In this document: positions 20,984 to 31,316 of the stretch, one piece after another
Layout of the letters: each line of letters starts with the position of its first letter
Position numbering within the stretch: the first letter of the stretch is position 1
Origin: a virus
Virus record (IMG/VR): IMGVR_UViG_3300025168_018236
Location: 2,610 to 66,609 of that record
Strand: one strand, 5' to 3'
DNA: 64,000 nt
Notes under the pieces: generated by a model
Database searches by the model: none
Told to the model about the DNA's origin: nothing
Seen by the model: the letters and a program-made list of their open reading frames with translations, nothing else
Translations under genes and position numbers: made by a program

Positions 20984-21834
20984 TGTTTGAAACTTTTTAT
21001 AACGAAACTATAAGAAATACAGTGGTTGGGTTTGGTTCTCTTTTCAATGAGATCTATGTTGTCCGTAAAGATAACAGCGGAAACGAAACAAGTCGATTCA
21101 AAGTCCCTATCACATACGCACCAAAAGAAAAATTCATCCGAATGCTCAACGAGTATTCTGGACTAAAGGGAACATCAAACGAACGAGACATATCCACAAT
21201 CCTTCCACGAATCGGTTTCAATATCGAGGCGATCAACTACGATGCTGAAAGAAAAAGAAACACTTTATCAAAACGGTACAGTGCTAGTTCTACATCAAAT
21301 CAAATAAAAACGGAGTATGCAGAAGTTCCATATGCGGTTGACTTCTTTCTTACCGTGGCAGCAAGGAGTATGGAAGATAGTCTTCAGATTATCGAACAAA
21401 TCCTTGCCTACTTCACACCCGAATTTACAGTCACAATGAACTTCACAAATTCTAGAAATAGAATTGATGTGCCAATTGTTCTTTCCTCTGTCGCATCAGA
21501 AATCGATTTTGAGGGTGACTCCTCAACACAACGATCTATTATTTTTAACCTTGCCTTTACTGCTCGAACATATGTGTATGGTCCTACCAAGGAAAGCAAG
21601 GTTATCACAAAAGTCGATACAACATTCTTCAATACCGACTTCGATACCCAAGGAAACCTCACAGGAGCGACTGGCGCACTTGCAAGAGTTATTGCAGGTA
21701 TCACTGGTCCCAATGGTGCAACCTCGGGTATAGATGAATATACTGGAACGAATGTGTTTGGATCTACCACTGATAGAGCAAACTCGATCTTTGAATATCC
21801 GGATACACTTGATTCGTTAGGAGCAACAATATGA
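20983..21834 (+). CDS. gp15: Tail sheath stabiliser/terminator gp15
   Basis: FYNETIR..V.GFG.LFN, VPITYAPKEKF, LPRIGF and QIIEQIL.YF.P motifs. Confidence 0.95.
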   Translation: MFETFYNETIRNTVVGFGSLFNEIYVVRKDNSGNETSRFKVPITYAPKEKFIRMLNEYSGLKGTSNERDISTILPRIGFNIEAINYDAERKRNTLSKRYSASSTSNQIKTEYAEVPYAVDFFLTVAARSMEDSLQIIEQILAYFTPEFTVTMNFTNSRNRIDVPIVLSSVASEIDFEGDSSTQRSIIFNLAFTARTYVYGPTKESKVITKVDTTFFNTDFDTQGNLTGATGALARVIAGITGPNGATSGIDEYTGTNVFGSTTDRANSIFEYPDTLDSLGATI

Positions 21835-22289
21835 GTGATAATTTAGAAAATTCTTTAAACATAGAAAAGACAGAAACAAAAAACGAAGTCGTCAGGAAAG
21901 CACCAGTCGAGATCGTAGTTTCAGATGAGTTAAGAGCGAACAAAAAACAAAACGATGCAAATAAAGACTATGCAGAAGTTCGTGATAATCTAAAGAATAT
22001 AATTGGCACAGGGTTAAATGCCATCGACGGCATTCTTTCCGTTGCTAGTGAAGGAGAGTCTCCACGGGCGTATGAGGTCGTCTCACAGTTGATTAAGAGT
22101 GTCACAGATGCCAACAAAGATCTCATCGGTCTACACGAACAGATGAAGAAACTTGATGAGGACACCGGGGGCGGATCTTCAGGTTCAGTCACGAACAATT
22201 CGATTTTCGTGGGTTCAACTAAAGAACTACAGAAACTAGTGAAAAGTAACTTTAAACAATTGAAAGATGAATCGAATGGCGAAGAATGA
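21831..22289 (+). CDS. gp16: Terminase small subunit gp16
   Basis: DY..VR.NL, SPRAYEV and NNSIFVGSTKELQK motifs. Confidence 0.95.
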   Translation: MSDNLENSLNIEKTETKNEVVRKAPVEIVVSDELRANKKQNDANKDYAEVRDNLKNIIGTGLNAIDGILSVASEGESPRAYEVVSQLIKSVTDANKDLIGLHEQMKKLDEDTGGGSSGSVTNNSIFVGSTKELQKLVKSNFKQLKDESNGEE

Positions 22290-23919
22290 ATCAACATACC
22301 TCGGTAACATAAACCTAAAACCTACTGGAGTGAACGTAGAGTTCACCAAAGAACAAGTAGAAGAATATCTAAAGTGTCAGCAAGATCCTTTATATTTTAT
22401 TAAAAATTATATCAAGATTATTTCTCTTGATCATGGTCTTGTCCCATTTGAGACTTGGGCATATCAAGACAACATGATCAACACGATCCACCGAAATAGA
22501 TTCACCATCGCTAAACTTCCTCGTCAGTCGGGGAAGTCTACTACTGTCATTGCATATCTTTTGCATTATGTTCTTTTTAACTCAGAAGTCAACGTCGCAA
22601 TCCTTGCTAACAAGCAAGCAACTGCTCGGGAACTATTATATCGTCTGAAGTTGGCATATGAAAACTTACCTAAGTGGTTGCAGCAAGGTATCATTGAATG
22701 GAACAAAGGTAATATTTCTTTAGAAAATAACTCCAAGGTTCTTGCATCGTCTACCTCATCCAGTGCGGTTCGTGGTGGTTCTTTTAATATGATTTTCCTA
22801 GACGAATTTGCATATGTCCCTGAAAATGTGGCAGATGAATTCTTCTCATCTGTCTATCCGACAATCTCATCCGGTAAAGAAACCAAAGTCCTAATTATTA
22901 GCACCCCCAAAGGTTTGAATATGTATTACAAACTGTGGCGGGATGCAGAGGAAGGAAATAACTCTTATGTTCCTGTTGAAGTACATTGGTCGGAAGTTCC
23001 GGGTCGTGATGAAAAATGGAAAGAAGAAACCATTGCGAACACATCGAAATCCCAATTTCGTGCTGAGTTCGAGTGCGAGTTTATTGGGTCACAGAACACT
23101 CTGATAGATCCGTCTAAATTAAAATGTTTGGCATATCGAAAACCGTGTGCGGAACGTGATGATGGTTTCATACAATATTATCCACCAGAACCAGATCGTT
23201 CATATTTTATGTCGGTCGATGTGTCGCGTGGACGAGAACTTGACTACCATGCTATCACGATTATTGATATTACAGAAATGCCTTACAAAATTTGTGCGAT
23301 TTATAGAAATAATGAACTTGCCCCATTGCTCCTACCCAACGTCGTAAATGCAATGGGTCACATATACAACAAAGCATGGTGTCTCGTCGAGATTAATGAT
23401 ATTGGTGGTCAGGTTGCAGATATTTTATACAATGATCTAGAATATGAAAATCTCATGATTACCAGTGTTCGTGGTCGCAAAGGTCAGACAATGGATGGTG
23501 GTTTCGGTAATTTTCAATCCCAACTTGGTGTGCGAACCAGTCCTGCGGTCAAGAAACTTGGATGTGCCTTACTTAAAGATATGATCGAAGGTGACAAAAT
23601 GATCATCGAAGATTATAATATGATCCAAGAACTTACTGCTTTTGTTGCAAAAAAGAATTCTTACGAAGCAGAAACTGGTCACCACGATGACCTAGTAATG
23701 ACATTAGTTTTGTTTGCATGGACAACTTCGCAAAACTATTTCAAAGAACTAACAGACCTAGATATAAGGACGAAACTTTATCAAGATAAGATTCGTCAAA
23801 TAGAAGAAGATCTTGCTCCATTTGGTTTTATTGACGACGGGTCGTCGGACGATACTTTCGTTGACAATCAAGGAACGCGGTGGAGTGTGGATAAAGATAA
23901 TGATAATATGGATTGGTGA
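22276..23919 (+). CDS. gp17: Terminase large subunit gp17
   Basis: Walker A PRQSGKS, Walker B IFLDEFA, RuvC-like nuclease VDVSRG and HHDDLVM; no intein seen. Confidence 0.97.
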   Translation: MAKNESTYLGNINLKPTGVNVEFTKEQVEEYLKCQQDPLYFIKNYIKIISLDHGLVPFETWAYQDNMINTIHRNRFTIAKLPRQSGKSTTVIAYLLHYVLFNSEVNVAILANKQATARELLYRLKLAYENLPKWLQQGIIEWNKGNISLENNSKVLASSTSSSAVRGGSFNMIFLDEFAYVPENVADEFFSSVYPTISSGKETKVLIISTPKGLNMYYKLWRDAEEGNNSYVPVEVHWSEVPGRDEKWKEETIANTSKSQFRAEFECEFIGSQNTLIDPSKLKCLAYRKPCAERDDGFIQYYPPEPDRSYFMSVDVSRGRELDYHAITIIDITEMPYKICAIYRNNELAPLLLPNVVNAMGHIYNKAWCLVEINDIGGQVADILYNDLEYENLMITSVRGRKGQTMDGGFGNFQSQLGVRTSPAVKKLGCALLKDMIEGDKMIIEDYNMIQELTAFVAKKNSYEAETGHHDDLVMTLVLFAWTTSQNYFKELTDLDIRTKLYQDKIRQIEEDLAPFGFIDDGSSDDTFVDNQGTRWSVDKDNDNMDW

Positions 23920-23932
23920 AAATGATTAATTT

Positions 23933-23940
23933 GATAGATA
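23933..23940 (+). promoter_or_regulatory. Putative late promoter GATAGATA upstream of gp18
   Basis: Intergenic, followed by an AAGGAG SD. Confidence 0.55.
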
Positions 23941-23965
23941 ATACAGCGTTGATAAGGAGATAACA

Positions 23966-26269
23966 ATGGCATTTCAACTCAGTCCCGGTGTTGATGTAAA
24001 AGAAATTGATCTGACAGCAATCATCCCTGCGGTGTCCACAACCAAAGCAGGATTTGCAGGACTTTTTAATTGGGGTCCAGTAGAACAAAGAATTACAATC
24101 ACCAGCGAACAAGATCTTGTAGAGAGATTCTCTACTCCCGATAATACAAACTACCCACACTGGTTTACCGCAGCAAACTACCTTGGTTACTCTAACAACC
24201 TTCAAGTTGTTCGTGTCATCGATGACACAGGCGGTATCGAAGGATCCGTGAATAGCACTACGAGGTCTTCTTCTGGTGTTTTAGTAAAGAACAGTGATCA
24301 CTTCGAGGAAACTGATGATACCCTTACGGCGGCAAATCATGAGTTCCTCGGAAAATATCCCGGAAAACTTGGAAACTCAATTTCAGTTTCCGTTTCAGAC
24401 AACACCGAAAAGAAACTAACTCCTTTTGTCAACACAACATCAACGAGAGGAGTCTTGTCGGTATCAACAACCTCATCAGGAATTGTATTTGAACACGGAA
24501 ACACAGATTCTGGCGTGTTTCTAAACAATGATCTCCTTAGACTTAAAAGGGGAGCAGCACAAACAATTACCGGTTACACTGCTGCTACGAACTTGACGGT
24601 TGGAGCAGGTTCTAACAATCGAACTATCGCTGTAGGACAGTCTGCTGGATTTTCCTTTGATGTAAGTCCCGGTGTGACTCTTGATGGGGCACAAAGTCGT
24701 TACGTCAGTATTGTTAAAAATGGTGTTCGTGGTTACGCTCCCGTTACAGGAATTACTAATGTTAACAACAGCACTTCTATCGTTCACATTGGTGCATCTG
24801 GGTTTGGTTTCGCGGAAAGTCACGGAACCACCACTGTATCCACTGGTGATAGTATTATTCTTCTCGGTCAAGTCACAACCGGAAATACATTTAACAGCAG
24901 TGACGTTGGTTTAACCGCTGCAAATGTTCTCTGGAAGTATCACAACGAGTTTGATACTAAACTACCTTCCACTAGTTCCTCCGTTGAAGCACATGGTGCC
25001 TCTTTCGATCTACTCCACGCCATTGTGATCGATGAAGACGGGGATTGGTCAGGAACAAAGGGAACTGTTCTCGAACGATTTGAATCACTTTCTAAGGCAA
25101 AGAATGCCAAACGAGAAAATGGTTCTTCAATCTACTTCAAGGACTTCATTAACGCAAACTCCAAGTATGTTTGGTCTGCGGCGGACCCCGGATACGATAC
25201 TGTCGTCGCTGGGCAATTTGCATTCGGTGCCGATTCCACCTCAGATGGCGGTACATTCGATTCGCTAAATGCAAACTACTACGAATCTTTGCGTGGTGGA
25301 AGAGATGCCGCTCCTGAAGGAGACGACTACTACACCAATGGATATGAACTCTTTGCCGACAGTGAAACTGTTGATATTTCTCTTATCCTTGGTGGACCAC
25401 AAGAAGGAATTCAAGCGAAGAATCTTGTTGATCTTGTTACATCAAGAAAGGATGCAGTTGCATTCCTCTCTCCTGCTAAGACTGCTGTTATAAACTCTAC
25501 TGGAAATGCTTCCAAGAGTGCGGCAATTGCCACGGCAAACGTCTCAGCATACCGTCAAGGACTCAACGGTTCGGATGCCGGTGGTGATGTAGACTTCACC
25601 AGCGATAACCTAAACGTATCTTCGTCCTATGCAGTTCTCGACAGTGGTTATAAGTACATGTATGACCGATACAACGATGTCTTCCGATTCGTTCCACTTA
25701 ACGGCGACATCGCAGGTATTGCGGTAAGATCAGACAACGAGACCGAAACTTGGTTCTCGCCTGCTGGTTTCAACCGTGGTCAAGTTCGCGGAGTCGTTAA
25801 ACTTGCATACAACCCACTCAAAGCACAGCGTGATGAACTTTACATTAACGGAATCAACCCCGTAGTCTCCTTCCCCGGAGAAGGTACTGTTCTCTTCGGA
25901 GACAAGACCATGCAGAGTAAACCAAGTGCATTCGACAGAATCAATGTGAGACGACTCTTCATTGTTCTTGAGAAGGCAATCGCAACTGCCGCGAAGTTTC
26001 AACTCTTTGAGCAGAACGATGCATTTACCCGTGCGTCCTTCCGACAACTTATTGAACCGTTCCTCAGAGAAGTTCAATCTCGTAGAGGTGTGATCGACTT
26101 CAAGGTTGTATGTGATGAATCAAACAACACTGGCGAGATAATTGATAGAAACGAGTTTGTTGCAGATATCTTTATCAAACCAACCCGTTCGATTAACTTC
26201 ATTACTCTTAACTTTATTGCCACAAGAACTGGCATCAACTTTGATGAAATTGGCGGGTCTTCCTCGTAA
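23966..26269 (+). CDS. gp18: Tail sheath gp18
   Basis: MAFQLSPGV..KEIDLT, WFSPAGFNRG, FDRINVRRLF and IKPTRSINFI motifs. Confidence 0.97.
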   Translation: MAFQLSPGVDVKEIDLTAIIPAVSTTKAGFAGLFNWGPVEQRITITSEQDLVERFSTPDNTNYPHWFTAANYLGYSNNLQVVRVIDDTGGIEGSVNSTTRSSSGVLVKNSDHFEETDDTLTAANHEFLGKYPGKLGNSISVSVSDNTEKKLTPFVNTTSTRGVLSVSTTSSGIVFEHGNTDSGVFLNNDLLRLKRGAAQTITGYTAATNLTVGAGSNNRTIAVGQSAGFSFDVSPGVTLDGAQSRYVSIVKNGVRGYAPVTGITNVNNSTSIVHIGASGFGFAESHGTTTVSTGDSIILLGQVTTGNTFNSSDVGLTAANVLWKYHNEFDTKLPSTSSSVEAHGASFDLLHAIVIDEDGDWSGTKGTVLERFESLSKAKNAKRENGSSIYFKDFINANSKYVWSAADPGYDTVVAGQFAFGADSTSDGGTFDSLNANYYESLRGGRDAAPEGDDYYTNGYELFADSETVDISLILGGPQEGIQAKNLVDLVTSRKDAVAFLSPAKTAVINSTGNASKSAAIATANVSAYRQGLNGSDAGGDVDFTSDNLNVSSSYAVLDSGYKYMYDRYNDVFRFVPLNGDIAGIAVRSDNETETWFSPAGFNRGQVRGVVKLAYNPLKAQRDELYINGINPVVSFPGEGTVLFGDKTMQSKPSAFDRINVRRLFIVLEKAIATAAKFQLFEQNDAFTRASFRQLIEPFLREVQSRRGVIDFKVVCDESNNTGEIIDRNEFVADIFIKPTRSINFITLNFIATRTGINFDEIGGSSS

Positions 26270-26274
26270 TACGC

Positions 26275-26282
26275 CCTACATA
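26275..26282 (+). promoter_or_regulatory. Putative late promoter CCTACATA upstream of gp19
   Basis: Intergenic TANATA variant followed by AAGGAG. Confidence 0.5.
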
Positions 26283-26300
26283 GAAAAGGAGATATAACAC

Positions 26301-26864
26301 ATGAATATCGAAAGATTTAAATCAGCACTTTCTACCGGTGGCGTTCGCCCTGCATTCTTCCGGGTGCAAGGTAACATCGGAAAGACATCGTTACCAGATA
26401 AGGTCGGGTTCCTTGTCAAAGCAGCATCTTTACCAGCATCAGAAATTGGTGAGATTCCTGTAGACTATCGTGGCAGAAATCTCAAACTGCCCGGTAAAAG
26501 AACCTACGCCGATTGGGATATCACCCTATTGGTCGATGGAGAATTCTCGACAAGAAATGCGTTTGAGCGTTGGATGAACGATCTCAATGACGCAGTTGAG
26601 AATGTTGCGGACCAAGAGCATAACTTAAACAATGTTCTTTTCCCCAACTGGAGTATCGACCAACTCGATCGTACTGGTAAACCAGTTAAAACTTATACAA
26701 TGTTCCACTGCTGGCCCAAATCGGTTTCTGCAATTGATACCGCATATGATAATGAAGCACTAGCAGAATTTTCCGTGACGCTCGCCTATTCTTACTTCCT
26801 CACAAACGATGGAACTGGTAGTAATCGAGTCCCTCTCGGTGATGCTGCGTTCCCCGGTGAGTGA
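26301..26864 (+). CDS. gp19: Tail tube gp19
   Basis: GGVRP..F.V, KAASLPAS, YRGR.LK.PG.RTY..W, R.AFERW and QLDR motifs. Confidence 0.95.
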   Translation: MNIERFKSALSTGGVRPAFFRVQGNIGKTSLPDKVGFLVKAASLPASEIGEIPVDYRGRNLKLPGKRTYADWDITLLVDGEFSTRNAFERWMNDLNDAVENVADQEHNLNNVLFPNWSIDQLDRTGKPVKTYTMFHCWPKSVSAIDTAYDNEALAEFSVTLAYSYFLTNDGTGSNRVPLGDAAFPGE

Positions 26865-26870
26865 TAGATA
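26863..26870 (+). promoter_or_regulatory. Putative late promoter GATAGATA upstream of gp20
   Basis: Same octamer as before gp18; followed by a GAGGTG SD. Confidence 0.5.
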
Positions 26871-26884
26871 ACAAGAGGTGAATT

Positions 26885-28393
26885 ATGCCAATAGATTTCT
26901 TTGGTTTTAGTATAGGAAGAAAGCAACAAACGCCTTCGCCAAATTTAGACCCTTCTTTGGGTGTGAAAGAGGCGAAGTCGTTTGTTCCTCCCCTATTAGA
27001 TGATGCAGGACTAGTCGATGCAGGTGGGTACTTCGGAGCGTACCTTGATCTTGATGGTTCTCTTAAAACAGAATCCGAATTTATTGCAAAGTATCGAGAG
27101 ATGTCTCTCCACCCAGAGGTGGAAAGTGCTATCGAGGATGTATGTAACGACGCAATTGTACTTGACGACGAACGCAAACCAGTCGAGTTGATTCTTGATC
27201 AGGTTAGTATCTCAGATCAAATTAAGAAAAAGATGTATGAAGAATACGACCAGATTCTAAGACTTCTTGATTTTAGTAATCGAGGATATGAAATTTTCCG
27301 AAGATGGTTTATTGATGGTAAGGGGTACTACCATATTATCATTGATAAAACCAATCCCAAAAAGGGAATAATTGAACTTCGACCTATTGATGCACTTAAA
27401 ATTAAGAAGATGGCAGAAGTACAAAAGGCAACAGACGAAAAAACAGGGACAAAGTATATCAAAGGTGTTAAAGAATTTTACACTTTTAGAGACAACCCAA
27501 CAGACCAAGAAGGTCTTAAACTTTCTCCTGAGTCTATTTGCTATTACCACTCAGGTCTTTTTGATCCACTCTCCAACCGTGCGATAAGTTATCTCCATAA
27601 AGCAATTAAACCACTCAACCAACTTCGTATGATCGAAGATGCCGTGGTGATCTACAGAATCTCGCGTGCGCCAGAACGAAGAATCTTTTATATTGACGTT
27701 GGTTCTCTTCCAAAGAACAAGGCAGAGGCATACGTTCGTGATCTTATGAACAGATACCGAACAAAACTAACATACGATGCATCCACTGGTGAAGTTCGTG
27801 ATGATAAAAAACACATGTCCATGCTCGAAGATTATTGGTTACCTCGTCGTGAAGGCGGTAAGGGAACCCAGATTGAAACTCTCGATGGTGGACAGAACCT
27901 CGGTGAAATGGAAGATGTTGAATACTTCTTAAAGAAACTATATAAAGCACTCAGTATTCCATCATCCCGAATGGAAGCAGAAAACGGTTTCAATATGGGT
28001 AGATCTTCTGAGATCACCCGAGATGAATTGAAATTCCACAAATATGTCGAACGACTTCGTACCAAATTCAATGGTGTCTTTACTCAACTACTAAGAACAC
28101 AATGTATTCTTAAGGGGTTGATGAAAGAAGAAGATTGGTGGAAGGTCGAACAAGATCTTAAGTTTGAATATGTTACTGATTCATACTTTACCGAACTTAA
28201 AGACTACGAGATACTTTCAGAAAGACTAGATATATTACAGAGTGTTGGTGAACACATTGGTGATTACTATTCTAGAGAATGGGTCAGGCGAAATATCCTT
28301 CAACAGACCGAAAAGGATATGAAGCGAATGGATAAACAAATTCAGAAAGAGCGAGAACTTGGACTGATTAAGGATGACTCCGGAGGATTCTAA
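26885..28393 (+). CDS. gp20: Portal protein gp20
   Basis: SYLHKAIKPLNQLRMIEDA.VIYR..RAPERR.FYIDVG and EDYWLPRREGG motifs. Confidence 0.97.
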   Translation: MPIDFFGFSIGRKQQTPSPNLDPSLGVKEAKSFVPPLLDDAGLVDAGGYFGAYLDLDGSLKTESEFIAKYREMSLHPEVESAIEDVCNDAIVLDDERKPVELILDQVSISDQIKKKMYEEYDQILRLLDFSNRGYEIFRRWFIDGKGYYHIIIDKTNPKKGIIELRPIDALKIKKMAEVQKATDEKTGTKYIKGVKEFYTFRDNPTDQEGLKLSPESICYYHSGLFDPLSNRAISYLHKAIKPLNQLRMIEDAVVIYRISRAPERRIFYIDVGSLPKNKAEAYVRDLMNRYRTKLTYDASTGEVRDDKKHMSMLEDYWLPRREGGKGTQIETLDGGQNLGEMEDVEYFLKKLYKALSIPSSRMEAENGFNMGRSSEITRDELKFHKYVERLRTKFNGVFTQLLRTQCILKGLMKEEDWWKVEQDLKFEYVTDSYFTELKDYEILSERLDILQSVGEHIGDYYSREWVRRNILQQTEKDMKRMDKQIQKERELGLIKDDSGGF

Positions 28394-29109
28394 TGCGATT
28401 TCTTATAGATCTAATCGAAAATAACGACAAGAAAGAGAGCAAGGTTCTAATCGAATCAATGATCTCTGATGTTGTTAATTCCAAATTTGCAAAACGCAGT
28501 TCTTCTATCGTAAACATTTTTGAAGAAGAGGGCGAAGCGACCCCTGAAGACATCGAAGGAACTCTCGATGACCCCATGTTGGACCCTAATTTCTCAAGAG
28601 AGTATTTCTTCAAGAGATTTAAGTATGAAGGCAAGGAGATTGTCCTCAAAAGATTAGGTCTTGGGCAAAACGCACCAACAATCACATACATCGACAAAGA
28701 GCGTTACGAGATTTTTTCTACACCCAAGCAAGCAGAAAAAGAAACAATTCGATACATCAAAGATGGTTCATTCGACGAAGCGATGAAAGAAAAAGAAGAT
28801 AAAATCGCTGCTGTTGATGCCGATAAAAAAGAAGAAGAAGACAAAAAGAAAAAAGAAGAAGAGAATCAAGAGAAAATCACAGATTCATTCGAGTATGTGG
28901 TTTCCTCTGAACGCCCCAGTATACTAACCTTCAATAGTGGAGAAGAGAAAGTTATCACAGTTTCCGAGGCGACAGACGCATTGGAAATATTAAAACTACT
29001 AAATAATGAGAACGGAATAGAATTTTTAAATCGTCTGTCTCATAGCAAAACATCTTATCTAGAAACATTAGACTTCTTTCTTGATAAGGTCCGAAAAGGA
29101 GTAATCTAA
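28393..29109 (+). CDS. Hypothetical acidic protein at the prohead-core (gp67/gp68) position
   Basis: Lies between gp20 and gp21; E/K-rich. Confidence 0.55.
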   Translation: MRFLIDLIENNDKKESKVLIESMISDVVNSKFAKRSSSIVNIFEEEGEATPEDIEGTLDDPMLDPNFSREYFFKRFKYEGKEIVLKRLGLGQNAPTITYIDKERYEIFSTPKQAEKETIRYIKDGSFDEAMKEKEDKIAAVDADKKEEEDKKKKEEENQEKITDSFEYVVSSERPSILTFNSGEEKVITVSEATDALEILKLLNNENGIEFLNRLSHSKTSYLETLDFFLDKVRKGVI

Positions 29110-29414
29110 TGGAAGTTGAAAATATTGTAAGAGCATTGGAACAAGGAAAACTCAATGATGCCAAAGACGGCATTGGTGAAGTTCTTCTTGGTAAAATTGC
29201 CAATTCACTAGAAGAAAAAAGAGAAACCCTCGGTGATACTTTAGTTACCCCAACAGATGTTCAAGAAGGTGACAAGGCAGAGTATGAGGCATTCTTTAAG
29301 AAAGCAATGAAGAAGTTTGGTATCTCGTCTCCTGCTGATCTTAAATCAGAGGAAGAGAAGAAGAAGTTCTTCGATTACATTGACAAGAATTATAAAGGCG
29401 AAAAGGAAAACTGA
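29109..29414 (+). CDS. Small prohead-core-like protein (gp67-like position)
   Basis: N-terminal helix resembles gp67-type proteins; C-terminal YEAFFKKAMKKFG..SPA.L..EEKKKFF module. Confidence 0.55.
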   Translation: MEVENIVRALEQGKLNDAKDGIGEVLLGKIANSLEEKRETLGDTLVTPTDVQEGDKAEYEAFFKKAMKKFGISSPADLKSEEEKKKFFDYIDKNYKGEKEN

Positions 29415-30061
29415 TGCTACTTATTACCGAAGTAAATGATAACGTCAACTTGATCACAGAAGGAACCGATGGTTCCAAGCAATATCATATTGAAGGTATC
29501 TTTATGGAGGCAGGTAAGAAAAACCGCAACGGTCGTGTCTACCCCCAAAAAGTTCTTTTCAAGGAAGTCAAACGATACAACGAAGACTTTGTTTCAAAGA
29601 ACCGAGGCATGGGTGAACTAGGTCATCCAGATGGTCCTACCGTTAATCTAGAAAGAGTTTCCCACATCATTAAGGAACTCAAGACTGACGGTGACAATAT
29701 TATGGGCAAGGCAAAGATCCTTGATACTCCATATGGTAAAATTGTAAAGAACCTGATCGACGAGGGCGTTAAAATTGGCGTTTCCTCCCGTGGAATGGGT
29801 TCTCTTAAAAACGTAGAAGGCGTAAACGAAGTCCAAGATGACTTCATGCTCGCCGCAGTAGATATTGTTGCTGATCCATCTGCTCCCAACGCATTTGTTC
29901 AAGGAGTCATGGAAGGCAAGGAATGGGTTTGGAACAACGGAGTTCTCAAACCTAGACATATTGAATCGTATCGTGACAGGATTCAAAAAGCATCGACTCG
30001 AAGTGAGATTCAAGAAGCGAAGTTGTATGCCTTCGCTGATTTCCTGTCAAAGTTAATTTAA
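29414..30061 (+). CDS. gp21: Prohead protease gp21
   Basis: KNRNGRVYP, GELGHP, GVSSRGMGSL and DIVADPSAP motifs. Confidence 0.97.
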   Translation: MLLITEVNDNVNLITEGTDGSKQYHIEGIFMEAGKKNRNGRVYPQKVLFKEVKRYNEDFVSKNRGMGELGHPDGPTVNLERVSHIIKELKTDGDNIMGKAKILDTPYGKIVKNLIDEGVKIGVSSRGMGSLKNVEGVNEVQDDFMLAAVDIVADPSAPNAFVQGVMEGKEWVWNNGVLKPRHIESYRDRIQKASTRSEIQEAKLYAFADFLSKLI

Positions 30062-30062
30062 T

Positions 30063-30070
30063 TATAGATA
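30063..30070 (+). promoter_or_regulatory. Putative late promoter TATAGATA upstream of gp22
   Basis: One mismatch to T4 TATAAATA; intergenic; followed by an AAGGAG SD. Confidence 0.6.
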
Positions 30071-30096
30071 ACACAGAGTTAAACAAGGAGCAGACC

Positions 30097-31260
30097 ATGA
30101 CTCGTAAAGACCCACTTGAAACAGCGAAGGCAATCTTAGAAGGTAAAACTTCGCTTATAGAAATGGACGATAAAGAAATGAAGAATGAAATGGCAGCAAT
30201 GAAGGAAGCAATGATGAAGGATTTATCCGACAAAGATGCTTCTGAAGAAGAAGTTGCTGAAATGCATGATAAGATGGAAGCAATGTCCTACAAGGAGATG
30301 AAGGAAATGATGGCAAAAGAAGGCATCAAGTATGAAACCTACGTCTCTGAAGATGACGAAGATTCTGTCGAGGAAGAAGTTTCCGATAAAGAAACCGAGA
30401 AGAAAGCAAAGAAAGCATCAGTCATCTTGGACGTTGACGACAACCAAGATGCCGAAGGCAAAAAGGCAACTGATGCCGTAAACGGCAAGAAGGTTAAGAA
30501 GGTCAAAGAAGACCTTGACGCTCTCTTCTCTGGTGAGAAACTCACCGAAGATTTCAAGGAAAAAGCAGAAATCATTTTCGAGTCTGCTATTACCCTTCGA
30601 GTCGAAATGCTCCGAGAAGAAGTCGAAGCAGAAACTGCTGCTCAACTAGAAGAAGATAAAGAAGAGTTCCGCGAAGAACTATCCGCTAAAATGGATGATT
30701 ATCTTTCCTACGTTGTCGAAGAGTGGATGAAGGATAACGAACTCGCTATTGAGCGTGGTCTTCGTAGCGACATCGCCGAGTCCTTCATGACTGGTCTCAA
30801 GGGTCTTTTCGATGATCACTATATTACTGTTCCTGATGACAAGTATGATATCCTTGAAGGTCTTTATACTAAGGTCAGTGGTCTTGAAACCAAACTCGAC
30901 GAACAGATTCAAAAGAACACAGAACTCAACAAGGATGCTATGGTTTCTCGCTGCATCAACGTCTTCTCTGAAGTCGCTGAAGGTCTTACCGACGCAGAAA
31001 ACGAAAAACTACAGTCCCTTGCTGAAGGACTAGAATACGATTCGGAAGATCAGTTTAGAGATAAACTAACTGTCCTCCGCGAAAACTACTTTAATGATGT
31101 TTCAGAAACAAACGAACTCGCTAATGAAATTGTGGGTGACACAATCAATGAGTCGGCAGAAGAGGTACACGCCCCCTCCCTCGACGGTTCTATGAAGTTC
31201 TACTCTGATATGTTAACACGGTCTGCCAACGTAGAAAAGCAGACGAACTTTAAGGGTTGA
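30097..31260 (+). CDS. gp22: Prohead scaffold gp22
   Basis: L.EDFK.KA..IFE, DDYLSYVVEEWM..N.LAIE.G.R..IAESF and LRENYF motifs. Confidence 0.93.
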   Translation: MTRKDPLETAKAILEGKTSLIEMDDKEMKNEMAAMKEAMMKDLSDKDASEEEVAEMHDKMEAMSYKEMKEMMAKEGIKYETYVSEDDEDSVEEEVSDKETEKKAKKASVILDVDDNQDAEGKKATDAVNGKKVKKVKEDLDALFSGEKLTEDFKEKAEIIFESAITLRVEMLREEVEAETAAQLEEDKEEFREELSAKMDDYLSYVVEEWMKDNELAIERGLRSDIAESFMTGLKGLFDDHYITVPDDKYDILEGLYTKVSGLETKLDEQIQKNTELNKDAMVSRCINVFSEVAEGLTDAENEKLQSLAEGLEYDSEDQFRDKLTVLRENYFNDVSETNELANEIVGDTINESAEEVHAPSLDGSMKFYSDMLTRSANVEKQTNFKG

Positions 31261-31316
31261 TACCCGGTAAATTATCTAATAAAGTATTCCAAAATAATTC
31301 AAAGGAGAATTCAAAA

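Noticed and set aside
31257-31316. Longer ORF-track starts for gp23 (likewise gp3, glycosylase, galE, gp44, first GT11, fcl)
   Set aside because: Downstream ATGs fit SD or promoter position, gene overlaps and family N-termini better.
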